A stretch of 53,398 bases of DNA from a virus (taxonomy: Duplodnaviria > Caudoviricetes), in the IMG/VR virus record IMGVR_UViG_3300044639_002247, positions 1 through 53,398 of that record. One strand, given 5' to 3'. The translations under genes and the position numbers were made by a program. The notes below the pieces were generated by a model. The model saw nothing but the letters and a program-made list of their open reading frames with translations. It was not told the DNA's origin and made no database searches. Below, one piece after another: positions 46,601-53,398 of this stretch; the first letter of the stretch is position 1; the number at the start of each line of letters is the position of its first letter.

Positions 46601-47315
46601 CGGCGCAGTTTTAGCAGTTGGCGCACCAGGTGCTGATGCTCTTAATCTTACTGATAATGGTGTCGTTCGACTATTTAAGTATGACGACAATAAATGGAAA
46701 CTATTAACGGCAGCACTCATTGGAACAATGGCTGGCGAAGGGTTTGGTAGAGCGGTTGCTATTTCAGCAACTGGTACAAATATTTTAGCGAGCTCGCCAA
46801 CATGGAACTCTAGCCGCGGCCAAGTGAATTCAATAGGGTTTGTGAGTGCGCCGACTATTTCATACGAAGTATGGTGTACAGGAACTAATACTGGAAATAA
46901 ATTTTCATTTGCTGGAAATGTAACTACGTGGAGACGTGTTGGAGAGCTTCCAACTGGATATGCTATTGAAGACTTTTGGCCTGGTAGTGGTTACTATGCT
47001 AATAGCGTTAACTTTATAAAGGCTAGGCGTTTGTTGGATGGTATTAATTATTTATTTGTTGTTGGTGCAAACTCGAGGTATGAATCTGGGTATGGTAATA
47101 AGACTGTCTTAAATACCTGGACGCGCTTAAATTTACAATCGCATATAGTGGATCGTATAATTGATATACAATCAGTAAGTCCTTATGCTGGCGAAGCCTA
47201 CACAATTTTACACCTAAATGACGGCACTCTCTACTTTGCGGGTTATAATAGTTATAGCATTGATCCAAATTTACCAACTAGTACTTACAGAACAAACTTT
47301 ACACGCATAAAATAA
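43626..47315 (+). CDS. fibre/adhesin with collar-like, RCC1-like and FG-GAP-like domains
   Basis: N-terminal DTFDVWRKKTN; LPVGSII..YPELA; RCC1 motifs; S.DG..LAVGAPG repeats. Confidence 0.78.
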   Translation: MDSIQFSEFSTTGVNNSDTFDVWRKKTNGVIGQLVTINDSISPLFYGAGQTQSALLRTVTLDDSQTITGAKTFSGGTKAFPILKVGTAGFYEDSGVLGTTGAFISDRIIINSELQFGTHSYTIPNNNPVESSLLEKSGNSLSWKTLSSIISVIQQEGAVNVVTTNIVLPVGSIIDYAVSAGSVPSNWLRLSGGRFKGGDYPELAALILNAYGIIYTTQTGTTQAPTVSYNSNWWYTLPNTSGKIIKAVADSVVNTFIDRGNAFDIIKNGSSIQSLSLANGGTGILNLRHDNTLRIDTATRELGVAPFSVGADKIASNAIDPSKLSFGGPSWDTSSSLYEGSDPNTRARVATRDYVDSKISKAGPVKKLVSRLASNPHSSAPAFGEFCYINHDGVPIITGVNTSSRFGFADKYAHTEMPLPDNRHAVELHVGYDHMCALDETGELWAIGNNSYNKFNIVPGGDSITRAIWTKAFTPLYTYSTNNKIRKVILSGDITTTNVAVIDTSNRLWIAGRNYAGVLGRGVSGDATSTNTKPAGEATPVLENVLDAFLVGSSAYEVCIALTSAGIHMSGYGGVGQNGIGNSNVANGTFNTIPIDGISNYGACSIYGSGEDQYTTIYVKTPNNLVYGWGYNGNSVLGNGGTATITRPTAIFDNPDLNIDSLYTNVNKGPIDKTGTYADEAATGAAYISGVRNNATAPRGATIQSTVAGHTLGTSISSSDSGNIIAVGAPGANGRVQCHVYTNNVWSNYGPVISGAETLSLFGQSVSLNSEGSRLCIGVPDGQLVGSSRSGQVRIYDYSIQGASWMQRNLSFNGELAASKLGSSVALSGDGNTFIAGAPGYNSNTGRVYIRRITATGTETVGDPITGTAASQQCGIKVAINTSGTVIAIASNGISTAGVVRVYTLVGGTWVRVGGDIVGRAATDDAINISLNGAGTLLVVGAPGSDIAGSNSGSTRVFSYNPQTLEWVQLGADILGQSVNESSGSSVAFSRDGAVLAVGAPGADALNLTDNGVVRLFKYDDNKWKLLTAALIGTMAGEGFGRAVAISATGTNILASSPTWNSSRGQVNSIGFVSAPTISYEVWCTGTNTGNKFSFAGNVTTWRRVGELPTGYAIEDFWPGSGYYANSVNFIKARRLLDGINYLFVVGANSRYESGYGNKTVLNTWTRLNLQSHIVDRIIDIQSVSPYAGEAYTILHLNDGTLYFAGYNSYSIDPNLPTSTYRTNFTRIK

Positions 47316-47316
47316 T

Positions 47317-49320
47317 ATGGCAATAGATTATAAAAAAATAGTTTTAAAAAATAGTGCGACTCCCGGTGCGATTCCGATCCCGGATTTTTTAAGTAGTGGT
47401 GAACTTGCATTAAACTATGCAGACAATAAAATATATTATAAGACTCTCGATGGCAGCATTGTGGTTCACGAGACTCCAGATATTGATGTTGATCCTAGCC
47501 CAAATTCAATTGTCCGCCGGAACCTAGATGGTTCTGGTATATTTAATGGTGTGATTAGTGAAAGCACTGATGCTGATATCTATAGCATATATGCTACACA
47601 CAGTACGTGCACTGCCGCAAAAATTATTAATACTGGACTGTGTGCTGGAGCAGAAATATCATCTGACCTTGGAACCGGAGCAGAAATAAGCAGTATATCT
47701 GGAACCGGAGCAATAATAAGCAGCAACACATCTGGAACCGGAGCAATAATAAGCAGTATATCTGGGACTGGAGCAGAAATAAGCAGCAACACATCCGGAA
47801 CTGGAGCAATAATAAGCAGCACATCTGGAACGGGAGCAATAATAAGCAGTGTATCTGGTATTAGTTTGTCTGCGTCATCTGAAACAGAAACTGGAGCAAT
47901 AATAAGCAGCACATCTGGAACGGGAGCAGAAATAACAAGTTTTAGTGGAACCGCCGCAGAAATCTATACCGAAGATGGAGACTATCATGCAACGTTTGGC
48001 GATCCAAGCGTGAATGTTCTCGGGATTAGCAATAATGACAATGGTTCGGTTGACATTGATTGGTTAACTGTGTCTAATGAAATTATTACTTCAACTAGTA
48101 AATTAAAGTCGGGAGCTACGGCTAATCAGACATGGACACTGCCCAATGAGACTGGTACATTGGCTACTAAAGAATACGTAAATATACTCGCGCAAGGTCT
48201 ACATATTCATGCTTCTGTGCACGTTATCTTAAAAACTTCTCTTGAAAGTTTGGGTGCAGGAACGGTCACATACACCAACGGGACTGCAGGTGTTGGAGCG
48301 AAGTTGACGTTACAAAATCCTTTGACTCAGGCGATGCTCGATGGCGATCCAGATGCGCTTACAGTAGGTGCCCGAATAATTGTTGCCGGACAAAGCAATC
48401 AAGCTATTAATGGAATATATACATATTCGACAAGTACAGAATTGATTCGCGCTACGGATTTTGATGAACCAGCAGAAGTTGCAGGTGGAGATTTTGTGTT
48501 CGTCACGCATGGTACTATCGGCGCTAATACTGGATGGGTATTATCTGAGAAAGTCACGTCTATTAGTTCAACTGGCAGTCCTTTCATTTTCCAACAATTC
48601 TCTGGAGTCGGAACGTTTACTGCCGGTAATGGTTTAACATTGGTGGGTGGAACTGATTTTAATGTTAACTCTACTACGCTCACGGTTGGCGCCGATGCAG
48701 TCGACTTAGCCTCTGGAATCGCAACAGCTGGTACATATCAAAGCGTCACGGTCGATACATACGGCAGAGTCACAGCTGGCACCAACCCAACAACCGTAAC
48801 GTATACCGCTGGTAACGGCTTAACATTGGCGGATGGAACTGATTTTAATGTTAACTCTACTGGAGCCGGTTCACTTACAGTTGGGGCAGATACAATCAAC
48901 CTGACATCTGGCATCGCAACAGCTGGTACATATAAAAGCGTCACGGTCGATACATACGGCAGAGTCACAGCTGGCACCAATCCAACGACACTTGCCGGTT
49001 ATGGTATAACAGATGCAGTAAATGCGGTTGCGACTATTGTACCGATTAGCGCAGCAACTGAATTTATTTCTACTGATAATGCAAAAATATTCCATGTATC
49101 TGGCACAACTACATTGACACTCCCGTCTGCCGGTTCCATTCTAGACGGATGGAGCATTGGTATTGTAAATGTCGGAGGAGCTCCATTAACGGTTAATCGC
49201 AGTTCTACCGATACTATCAATGGCGCATTGACTACTTTTAGCAATACCGTACCATATTCCGCCTTTTACATTTACAAGTCGAGCTCTAGCACATTTGTCG
49301 CAATAGGTATATTGTATTAA
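47317..49320 (+). CDS. tail fibre protein
   Basis: GELALNYADNKIYYK N-terminus, RATDFD, VTVDTYGRVTAGTNPTT x2, TLAGYGITDA. Confidence 0.82.
   Translation: MAIDYKKIVLKNSATPGAIPIPDFLSSGELALNYADNKIYYKTLDGSIVVHETPDIDVDPSPNSIVRRNLDGSGIFNGVISESTDADIYSIYATHSTCTAAKIINTGLCAGAEISSDLGTGAEISSISGTGAIISSNTSGTGAIISSISGTGAEISSNTSGTGAIISSTSGTGAIISSVSGISLSASSETETGAIISSTSGTGAEITSFSGTAAEIYTEDGDYHATFGDPSVNVLGISNNDNGSVDIDWLTVSNEIITSTSKLKSGATANQTWTLPNETGTLATKEYVNILAQGLHIHASVHVILKTSLESLGAGTVTYTNGTAGVGAKLTLQNPLTQAMLDGDPDALTVGARIIVAGQSNQAINGIYTYSTSTELIRATDFDEPAEVAGGDFVFVTHGTIGANTGWVLSEKVTSISSTGSPFIFQQFSGVGTFTAGNGLTLVGGTDFNVNSTTLTVGADAVDLASGIATAGTYQSVTVDTYGRVTAGTNPTTVTYTAGNGLTLADGTDFNVNSTGAGSLTVGADTINLTSGIATAGTYKSVTVDTYGRVTAGTNPTTLAGYGITDAVNAVATIVPISAATEFISTDNAKIFHVSGTTTLTLPSAGSILDGWSIGIVNVGGAPLTVNRSSTDTINGALTTFSNTVPYSAFYIYKSSSSTFVAIGILY
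47645..47965 (+). repeat. 30/33-bp tandem repeats (TGA[EI]ISS[IT]SG)
   Basis: Repeated GGAACCGGAGCAATAATAAGCAG units. Confidence 0.88.
48620..48987 (+). repeat. duplicated fibre segment
   Basis: AGNGLTL..GTDFNVNST..SGIATAGTY.SVTVDTYGRVTAGTNPT x2. Confidence 0.85.
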
Positions 49321-49321
49321 T

Positions 49322-49522
49322 ATGAACATACTAGATTTTAAACGTGCTATCACAGCTCAACCACTATTTGATGGTTTTTGGACATTTGATTCAACTGCAA
49401 GTGCATTAAGCGGTTTTACAATAACAACAAGTAATCCCAGTGAAATCGTAATAGTATGGGGTGATAATACCACTTCAACTGTAGCATCATCACCTGTCGT
49501 TACATCACATACCTATAGTTAA
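49322..49522 (+). CDS. small protein ending in PKD-like half-domain
   Basis: WTF..LSGFTITTS..IVWGD..SHTYS; paralogous to gp7-like C-terminus. Confidence 0.7.
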   Translation: MNILDFKRAITAQPLFDGFWTFDSTASALSGFTITTSNPSEIVIVWGDNTTSTVASSPVVTSHTYS

Positions 49523-49565
49523 AAATCTTGTGACGGAATAAATAATTTTCAATATATATAGTAAT

Positions 49566-50657
49566 ATGCCAAGTCGATCAATCACATTGTTACCGCAAAA
49601 TGGTAATGCATCAATCACTACAATTAATTGTGGAAGTAGTTTTTCAAGACTTGGAGGAGTTGTAGACGTTTCAGCTTTTCTGAATTTAACAAATTTTACT
49701 TGTAATAATAATAATATAACTGAGATTTCGGGTTATTCTAATAACAGCAACTTAATAACTTTATCATTTGTTGATAATTTACTTACTGAAAGTTTGCCGT
49801 CTTTAAGTGGGATGACCAATTTACAAGAATTTAAATATAATCGAAATCAGATTAGTGGAAGCATTCCCCCCAGTTTAAGTGACTTGGCAGCATTACGAAT
49901 TTTCCAAGGTTTTAATAATGCGCATACTGGAAGCATCCCCAGTTTAAGTAGTCTTGTTAATCTTCGAATCTTCCAGTGTGATTTAAATAATCTAACTGGC
50001 ACTATTCCAGCTCTTAATGCAAATACAGAGCTTACTAGTTTTTCTTGTAATTCTCAAAGAGGCGCAACAAAACTTACTGGGTCTATTCCAAGCTTGGCCG
50101 GGTTGACGAATTTACTAAATTTCTATTGTTATAACAATCAACTGTCTGACTTTGCAGGTGGTTCGGTATCAAATAAGTTAGGCGATTTTAAAGCTCAAAA
50201 TAATCTATTACCAGCATCAGCGGTAGACGCGATATTATCAGCCTTTGTTACCGCCAATAAAACAACTGGAACAAGGATACTAAGCTTACATGGTAATGGA
50301 AATGCATCTCCGACTAGTGTAGGGGTAATCAAAACAACATTGAGTGGAACTGCTTTTTCACGATCTGACACAACTGTTACAGTCAACTCTACGGCACATG
50401 GATATGTCACAGGTGATTATGTAACAGTTAAAGATATAGCAGAAACTGATTTCCAAGGAACATTTGCAATAACTCGTATAAACGACAATACGTTTCAATA
50501 TACAACACTTACAACTGGGGCATTAACTGGATCTGGAACCGCAACGTTGCGAAAAACATCCACTGGCAATACTAGCGGATTTAGAAGTTATCAAAATCTT
50601 GCTCTTGTATCGCGAACGGGCGGTCCATGGGACATAAACATTAATTTTCCGGCATAA
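49566..50657 (+). CDS. leucine-rich repeat protein
   Basis: Repeats LxxLxxFxxxxNxLTGSIPSL; C-terminal beta domain (HGYVTGDYVTV..FQGTF..NTFQY). Confidence 0.85.
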   Translation: MPSRSITLLPQNGNASITTINCGSSFSRLGGVVDVSAFLNLTNFTCNNNNITEISGYSNNSNLITLSFVDNLLTESLPSLSGMTNLQEFKYNRNQISGSIPPSLSDLAALRIFQGFNNAHTGSIPSLSSLVNLRIFQCDLNNLTGTIPALNANTELTSFSCNSQRGATKLTGSIPSLAGLTNLLNFYCYNNQLSDFAGGSVSNKLGDFKAQNNLLPASAVDAILSAFVTANKTTGTRILSLHGNGNASPTSVGVIKTTLSGTAFSRSDTTVTVNSTAHGYVTGDYVTVKDIAETDFQGTFAITRINDNTFQYTTLTTGALTGSGTATLRKTSTGNTSGFRSYQNLALVSRTGGPWDININFPA

Positions 50658-50660
50658 CTT

Positions 50661-50909
50661 ATGATAAAAACTTACAAACAGGCAGTAATAACAGTTGATG
50701 AAAATGTATGGGCATTTGTATATGATACAGATTCTAAGAAAATACTAATGGAACCTCAACAGTGTTCTGGAACATATACATGTTCTCAAACTCTTGTGAT
50801 TGCAGATAGTTTAGAAGAGTGTGAAGAATATATTGAAACTAATGCTATAACAAACAGTTTATATGAAGTTATGCCAGCTGATGAAGAATATATTGAACCT
50901 GAGTCTTAA
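50661..50909 (+). CDS. small acidic protein (LRR-cassette partner 1)
   Basis: W.F.Y..EP.Q.SG.Y.C..LV.AD.LEEC; paralog of 51017..51253. Confidence 0.75.
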   Translation: MIKTYKQAVITVDENVWAFVYDTDSKKILMEPQQCSGTYTCSQTLVIADSLEECEEYIETNAITNSLYEVMPADEEYIEPES

Positions 50910-50920
50910 TAAATAGTAAT

Positions 50921-51016
50921 ATGTCAGTTATTACACTACGACCGGTTGGCTCTAGTACACTCTACACCGCTAAGGAGGCGGACCGTGTAGCGTAACAATA
51001 GACCAACCATCATGGC
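50921..51016 (+). pseudogene. internally deleted remnant of a second LRR-cassette gene
   Basis: MSVITLRP.. (cf. MPSRSITLLP) with stop at 50995; out-of-frame GGPCSVTIDQP (cf. LRR C-terminus GGPWDININFP); same ATAGTAATATG start context. Confidence 0.55.
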
Positions 51017-51253
51017 ATGATTACCGAGCATAAATTAACTATAATTGATGTAACAGCTGACAAGTGGTTGTTATTCTATAATGAGGAAACAAATATTATG
51101 TTATGTGAACCATTTCAGGGCAGCGGGTCGTATATATGTGCATCTGTTTTAGTAGTGGCGGACACGCTTGAAGAATGTAATGCATTTATCGCGCAGAAAA
51201 AAATAGCAAACCCGTTTAGGTTTGTACAAGATAACACACCAGAATCTGAATAA
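51017..51253 (+). CDS. small acidic protein (LRR-cassette partner 2)
   Basis: Paralog of 50661..50909. Confidence 0.75.
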   Translation: MITEHKLTIIDVTADKWLLFYNEETNIMLCEPFQGSGSYICASVLVVADTLEECNAFIAQKKIANPFRFVQDNTPESE

Positions 51254-51260
51254 GATCATT

Positions 51261-51268
51261 TATAAATA
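51261..51268 (+). promoter_or_regulatory. late promoter
   Basis: TATAAATA 5 nt before ATG 51274. Confidence 0.8.
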
Positions 51269-51273
51269 AGTAT

Positions 51274-52893
51274 ATGCCAATTCAACCAATTAATTTAGGG
51301 CCGTATGTATTAAACTCTCCAACCGAGGCAGAGAAAGGGCATATACGCGAGAGTTTGAATCTTGGATCGTCTGCTTTATTAGACGGTGCCTTCGTTGATA
51401 GTAACAGAATTGTTTTCACCGACCCAAATAATAATCAGCGTACAATTACTCTTGATAAAACTTTGCTAACTTCGCCGGTAGCTGATCGCTTACGGACACC
51501 TCGTGTTTTAGCAGTGACTGGTCACGTTACGACGACCAGTCCAATCCCAACCTTCGATGGTACTGCTAACGTTAATATTCCAGTTACAATCAATGATGGA
51601 GTAATTAGTGAATCAAAATTAGCAGCTAATGCAGTAGTTGGCGCAAAGATTAAAAACGGTACAATAACTCCAGACAAATTATCAGCCGGAGCTCCTACAT
51701 GGACGTCAAACTCAATTAATTTACCTCCTGGAATTGATCTTGGATACGATATAACTGTAGCTGGTGATAGTTATATAGACTTTCATTCGTCTTTCCCAAT
51801 AGTTGAATATGATGCTCGTATATGGCGCAAATCTGGAGTCAATGGTGCACTTGATATACTCAATATTGGAACTGGAAACATAAATATTGGTGGTGGACTC
51901 TCTGTAGAACAATCAAATACAGTTACCTCTACGCGTCAGCGTATTGGAGCACTGGAAATTATTGACAATCAAATTAATGGTACACATGCAAGTTATGTTG
52001 AGCTTGCACTTAACTATGAAAATAGCGATAGTACATTTACAAATTTCTTAAATACTACGGTCTATAATGGCAAAAGAGAAATGGTTGCAAAGTTTTTTGG
52101 AGAGACAAAAACACTCGAGACATCCGGCCCATGTCGTTCTATAACAAATAATCAGACTAATCAAGCATCTGCCGGACTTGAATCACGCACAGCTTCTGCT
52201 GGAAATGCTTTGATTGCGTTAAATGCAAACTCATCTGCAACTCTGCTACGTCATGTTCGTAACGGATCTGGAGTTGAAATACGCAATTCAGCTGACACTG
52301 AGTATGCTCCGCTGAAAGCTTCTAGTATTACATCAATAGGTAATACTATTGTAAACAATAACAGTCCTACTTTAATCTTGCAAGACACCGATGGTCGTAG
52401 CGGAATGGTGCAAGTAAATGCTAATGAATTTTCTGTACTGCGAGGAAGCGGCACAAATTCTATAGACTCGACTGCTTTTAACAACCTTTGGCCACTCGTA
52501 ATTGACTTAGAAACTAATGCCTCTGCATTTGGTGGGGATGTGACTGTTAACGGCACACTACGCTCAACTGGAGATATTATTGCTTATTCGACATCAGATA
52601 AAAGTCTTAAAACTAATATACAGCCGATTAGTCAGCCACTAAGTAAATTACAAAAAATAAATGGAGTAACATTTGACTGGGATACGTCTAAGCAAGATAC
52701 CTTTTCCGGTTCTGACATTGGTGTCCTTGCCCAAGAAATTGAAGAGATTTTACCAGATGCAGTTTGTACCCGAGAAGATGGATACAAAGCAGTTAAGTAT
52801 GAAAAAATAATTCCACTACTAATTGAATCTGTAAAAGAACTTACGGCGTTGGTAGAAACTCTTCAAACAAAAATAGCAAATTTAGAAAATTAA
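51274..52893 (+). CDS. tail fibre with C-terminal S74 intramolecular chaperone
   Basis: YIDFH..YDARI; SDKSLKTNI..GVTFDW..GVLAQEIE..VKYEKIIPLLIESVKEL + coiled coil. Confidence 0.88.
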   Translation: MPIQPINLGPYVLNSPTEAEKGHIRESLNLGSSALLDGAFVDSNRIVFTDPNNNQRTITLDKTLLTSPVADRLRTPRVLAVTGHVTTTSPIPTFDGTANVNIPVTINDGVISESKLAANAVVGAKIKNGTITPDKLSAGAPTWTSNSINLPPGIDLGYDITVAGDSYIDFHSSFPIVEYDARIWRKSGVNGALDILNIGTGNINIGGGLSVEQSNTVTSTRQRIGALEIIDNQINGTHASYVELALNYENSDSTFTNFLNTTVYNGKREMVAKFFGETKTLETSGPCRSITNNQTNQASAGLESRTASAGNALIALNANSSATLLRHVRNGSGVEIRNSADTEYAPLKASSITSIGNTIVNNNSPTLILQDTDGRSGMVQVNANEFSVLRGSGTNSIDSTAFNNLWPLVIDLETNASAFGGDVTVNGTLRSTGDIIAYSTSDKSLKTNIQPISQPLSKLQKINGVTFDWDTSKQDTFSGSDIGVLAQEIEEILPDAVCTREDGYKAVKYEKIIPLLIESVKELTALVETLQTKIANLEN

Positions 52894-52899
52894 TAAATT

Positions 52900-53398
52900 A
52901 TGCCAAGTACATTTATTGAAAGTACAAATATTAGTTTTTCGTCTTTAAACACTCTAAAAAATACATTAGAGACAACAAGTGCAACTACAGCAAATACATC
53001 GCTAAATGCATTGCGCAATTGGTTTAGGGATCGTGTTGGAAATACTGGAAATTTTACTCATACCGGCGCCGATAATACTGCTATTAACATATCGCAATTT
53101 TCTGAACGATTTATCTATGGGTTTTATGCAAATGGTTTTAGTGAAAGTATAGACAATACATATTATGATAATAATGATGGCGGAGTGACATTTCAGTGGG
53201 CATGGGGCGACAATAATGCAAACCAATTCGCGTTTTATCTTGCTGGGCGTGGATGGGTAACCCCAAATGCTAATGGAGGGACAAATACTGGAACTGCTTT
53301 TCATTCTTTAAGTGGAGCATTTAACGCGTCAAATACGTCTACTAATTACCAATGTTATGTGCAACATCGTGGAGATACATCTAGAGTTGGTTTTACTA
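52900..53398 (+). CDS. fibre-associated protein, 5' part (runs off window)
   Basis: Open frame from ATG 52900 (MPSTFIESTNISFSSL...) to window end. Confidence 0.7.
   Translation, partial: MPSTFIESTNISFSSLNTLKNTLETTSATTANTSLNALRNWFRDRVGNTGNFTHTGADNTAINISQFSERFIYGFYANGFSESIDNTYYDNNDGGVTFQWAWGDNNANQFAFYLAGRGWVTPNANGGTNTGTAFHSLSGAFNASNTSTNYQCYVQHRGDTSRVGFT

Noticed and set aside
28249-52893. Diversity-generating retroelement acting on fibre genes
   Set aside because: No reverse transcriptase in the window. Duplicated segments are adjacent and in frame, and their differences are not adenine-specific.
1-53398. Alternative genetic code (stop reassignment)
   Set aside because: Conserved genes are full length in code 11 and end in TAA, TAG or TGA at expected positions; the tRNA reads UCU, not a suppressor anticodon.

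Overview
This 53.4-kb window is a segment of a lytic T4-like (Tevenvirinae/Kyanoviridae-like) myophage genome read in the standard code. Bases 1-10013 (+ strand) are an early/replication region. It holds small ORFs in blocks headed by repeated sigma70-type promoters, a tRNA-Arg(UCU), a DEDDh exonuclease, an ATP-dependent DNA ligase, ThyX, gp33, gp59, gp32 and a thioredoxin. Bases 10007-15174 (- strand) carry gp4, gp2, gp54, gp26, a start-less gp51-like frame and a tape-measure-like gene. Bases 15187-53398 (+ strand) carry baseplate genes (gp48, gp53, hub, split gp5, gp25, gp6, gp7, gp8), a large virion protein and many fibre/adhesin genes under TATAAATA late promoters. The strongest leads are four. 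(1) A probable -1 frameshift (T TTT TTC) fuses gp26 to the gp51-like frame just upstream of the tape measure gene, as in lambda G/GT. (2) An apparently split domain system: two proteins end in the same '...W.D...HTYS' half-domain, and separate LRR cassettes, one internally deleted, may supply the rest. (3) The puncturing device has no lysozyme and instead carries a 3D domain, an M15 peptidase and an HxH-tipped spike. (4) Late genes look leaderless and lack Shine-Dalgarno motifs. All assignments come from motif recognition and synteny by eye; no database searches were run.
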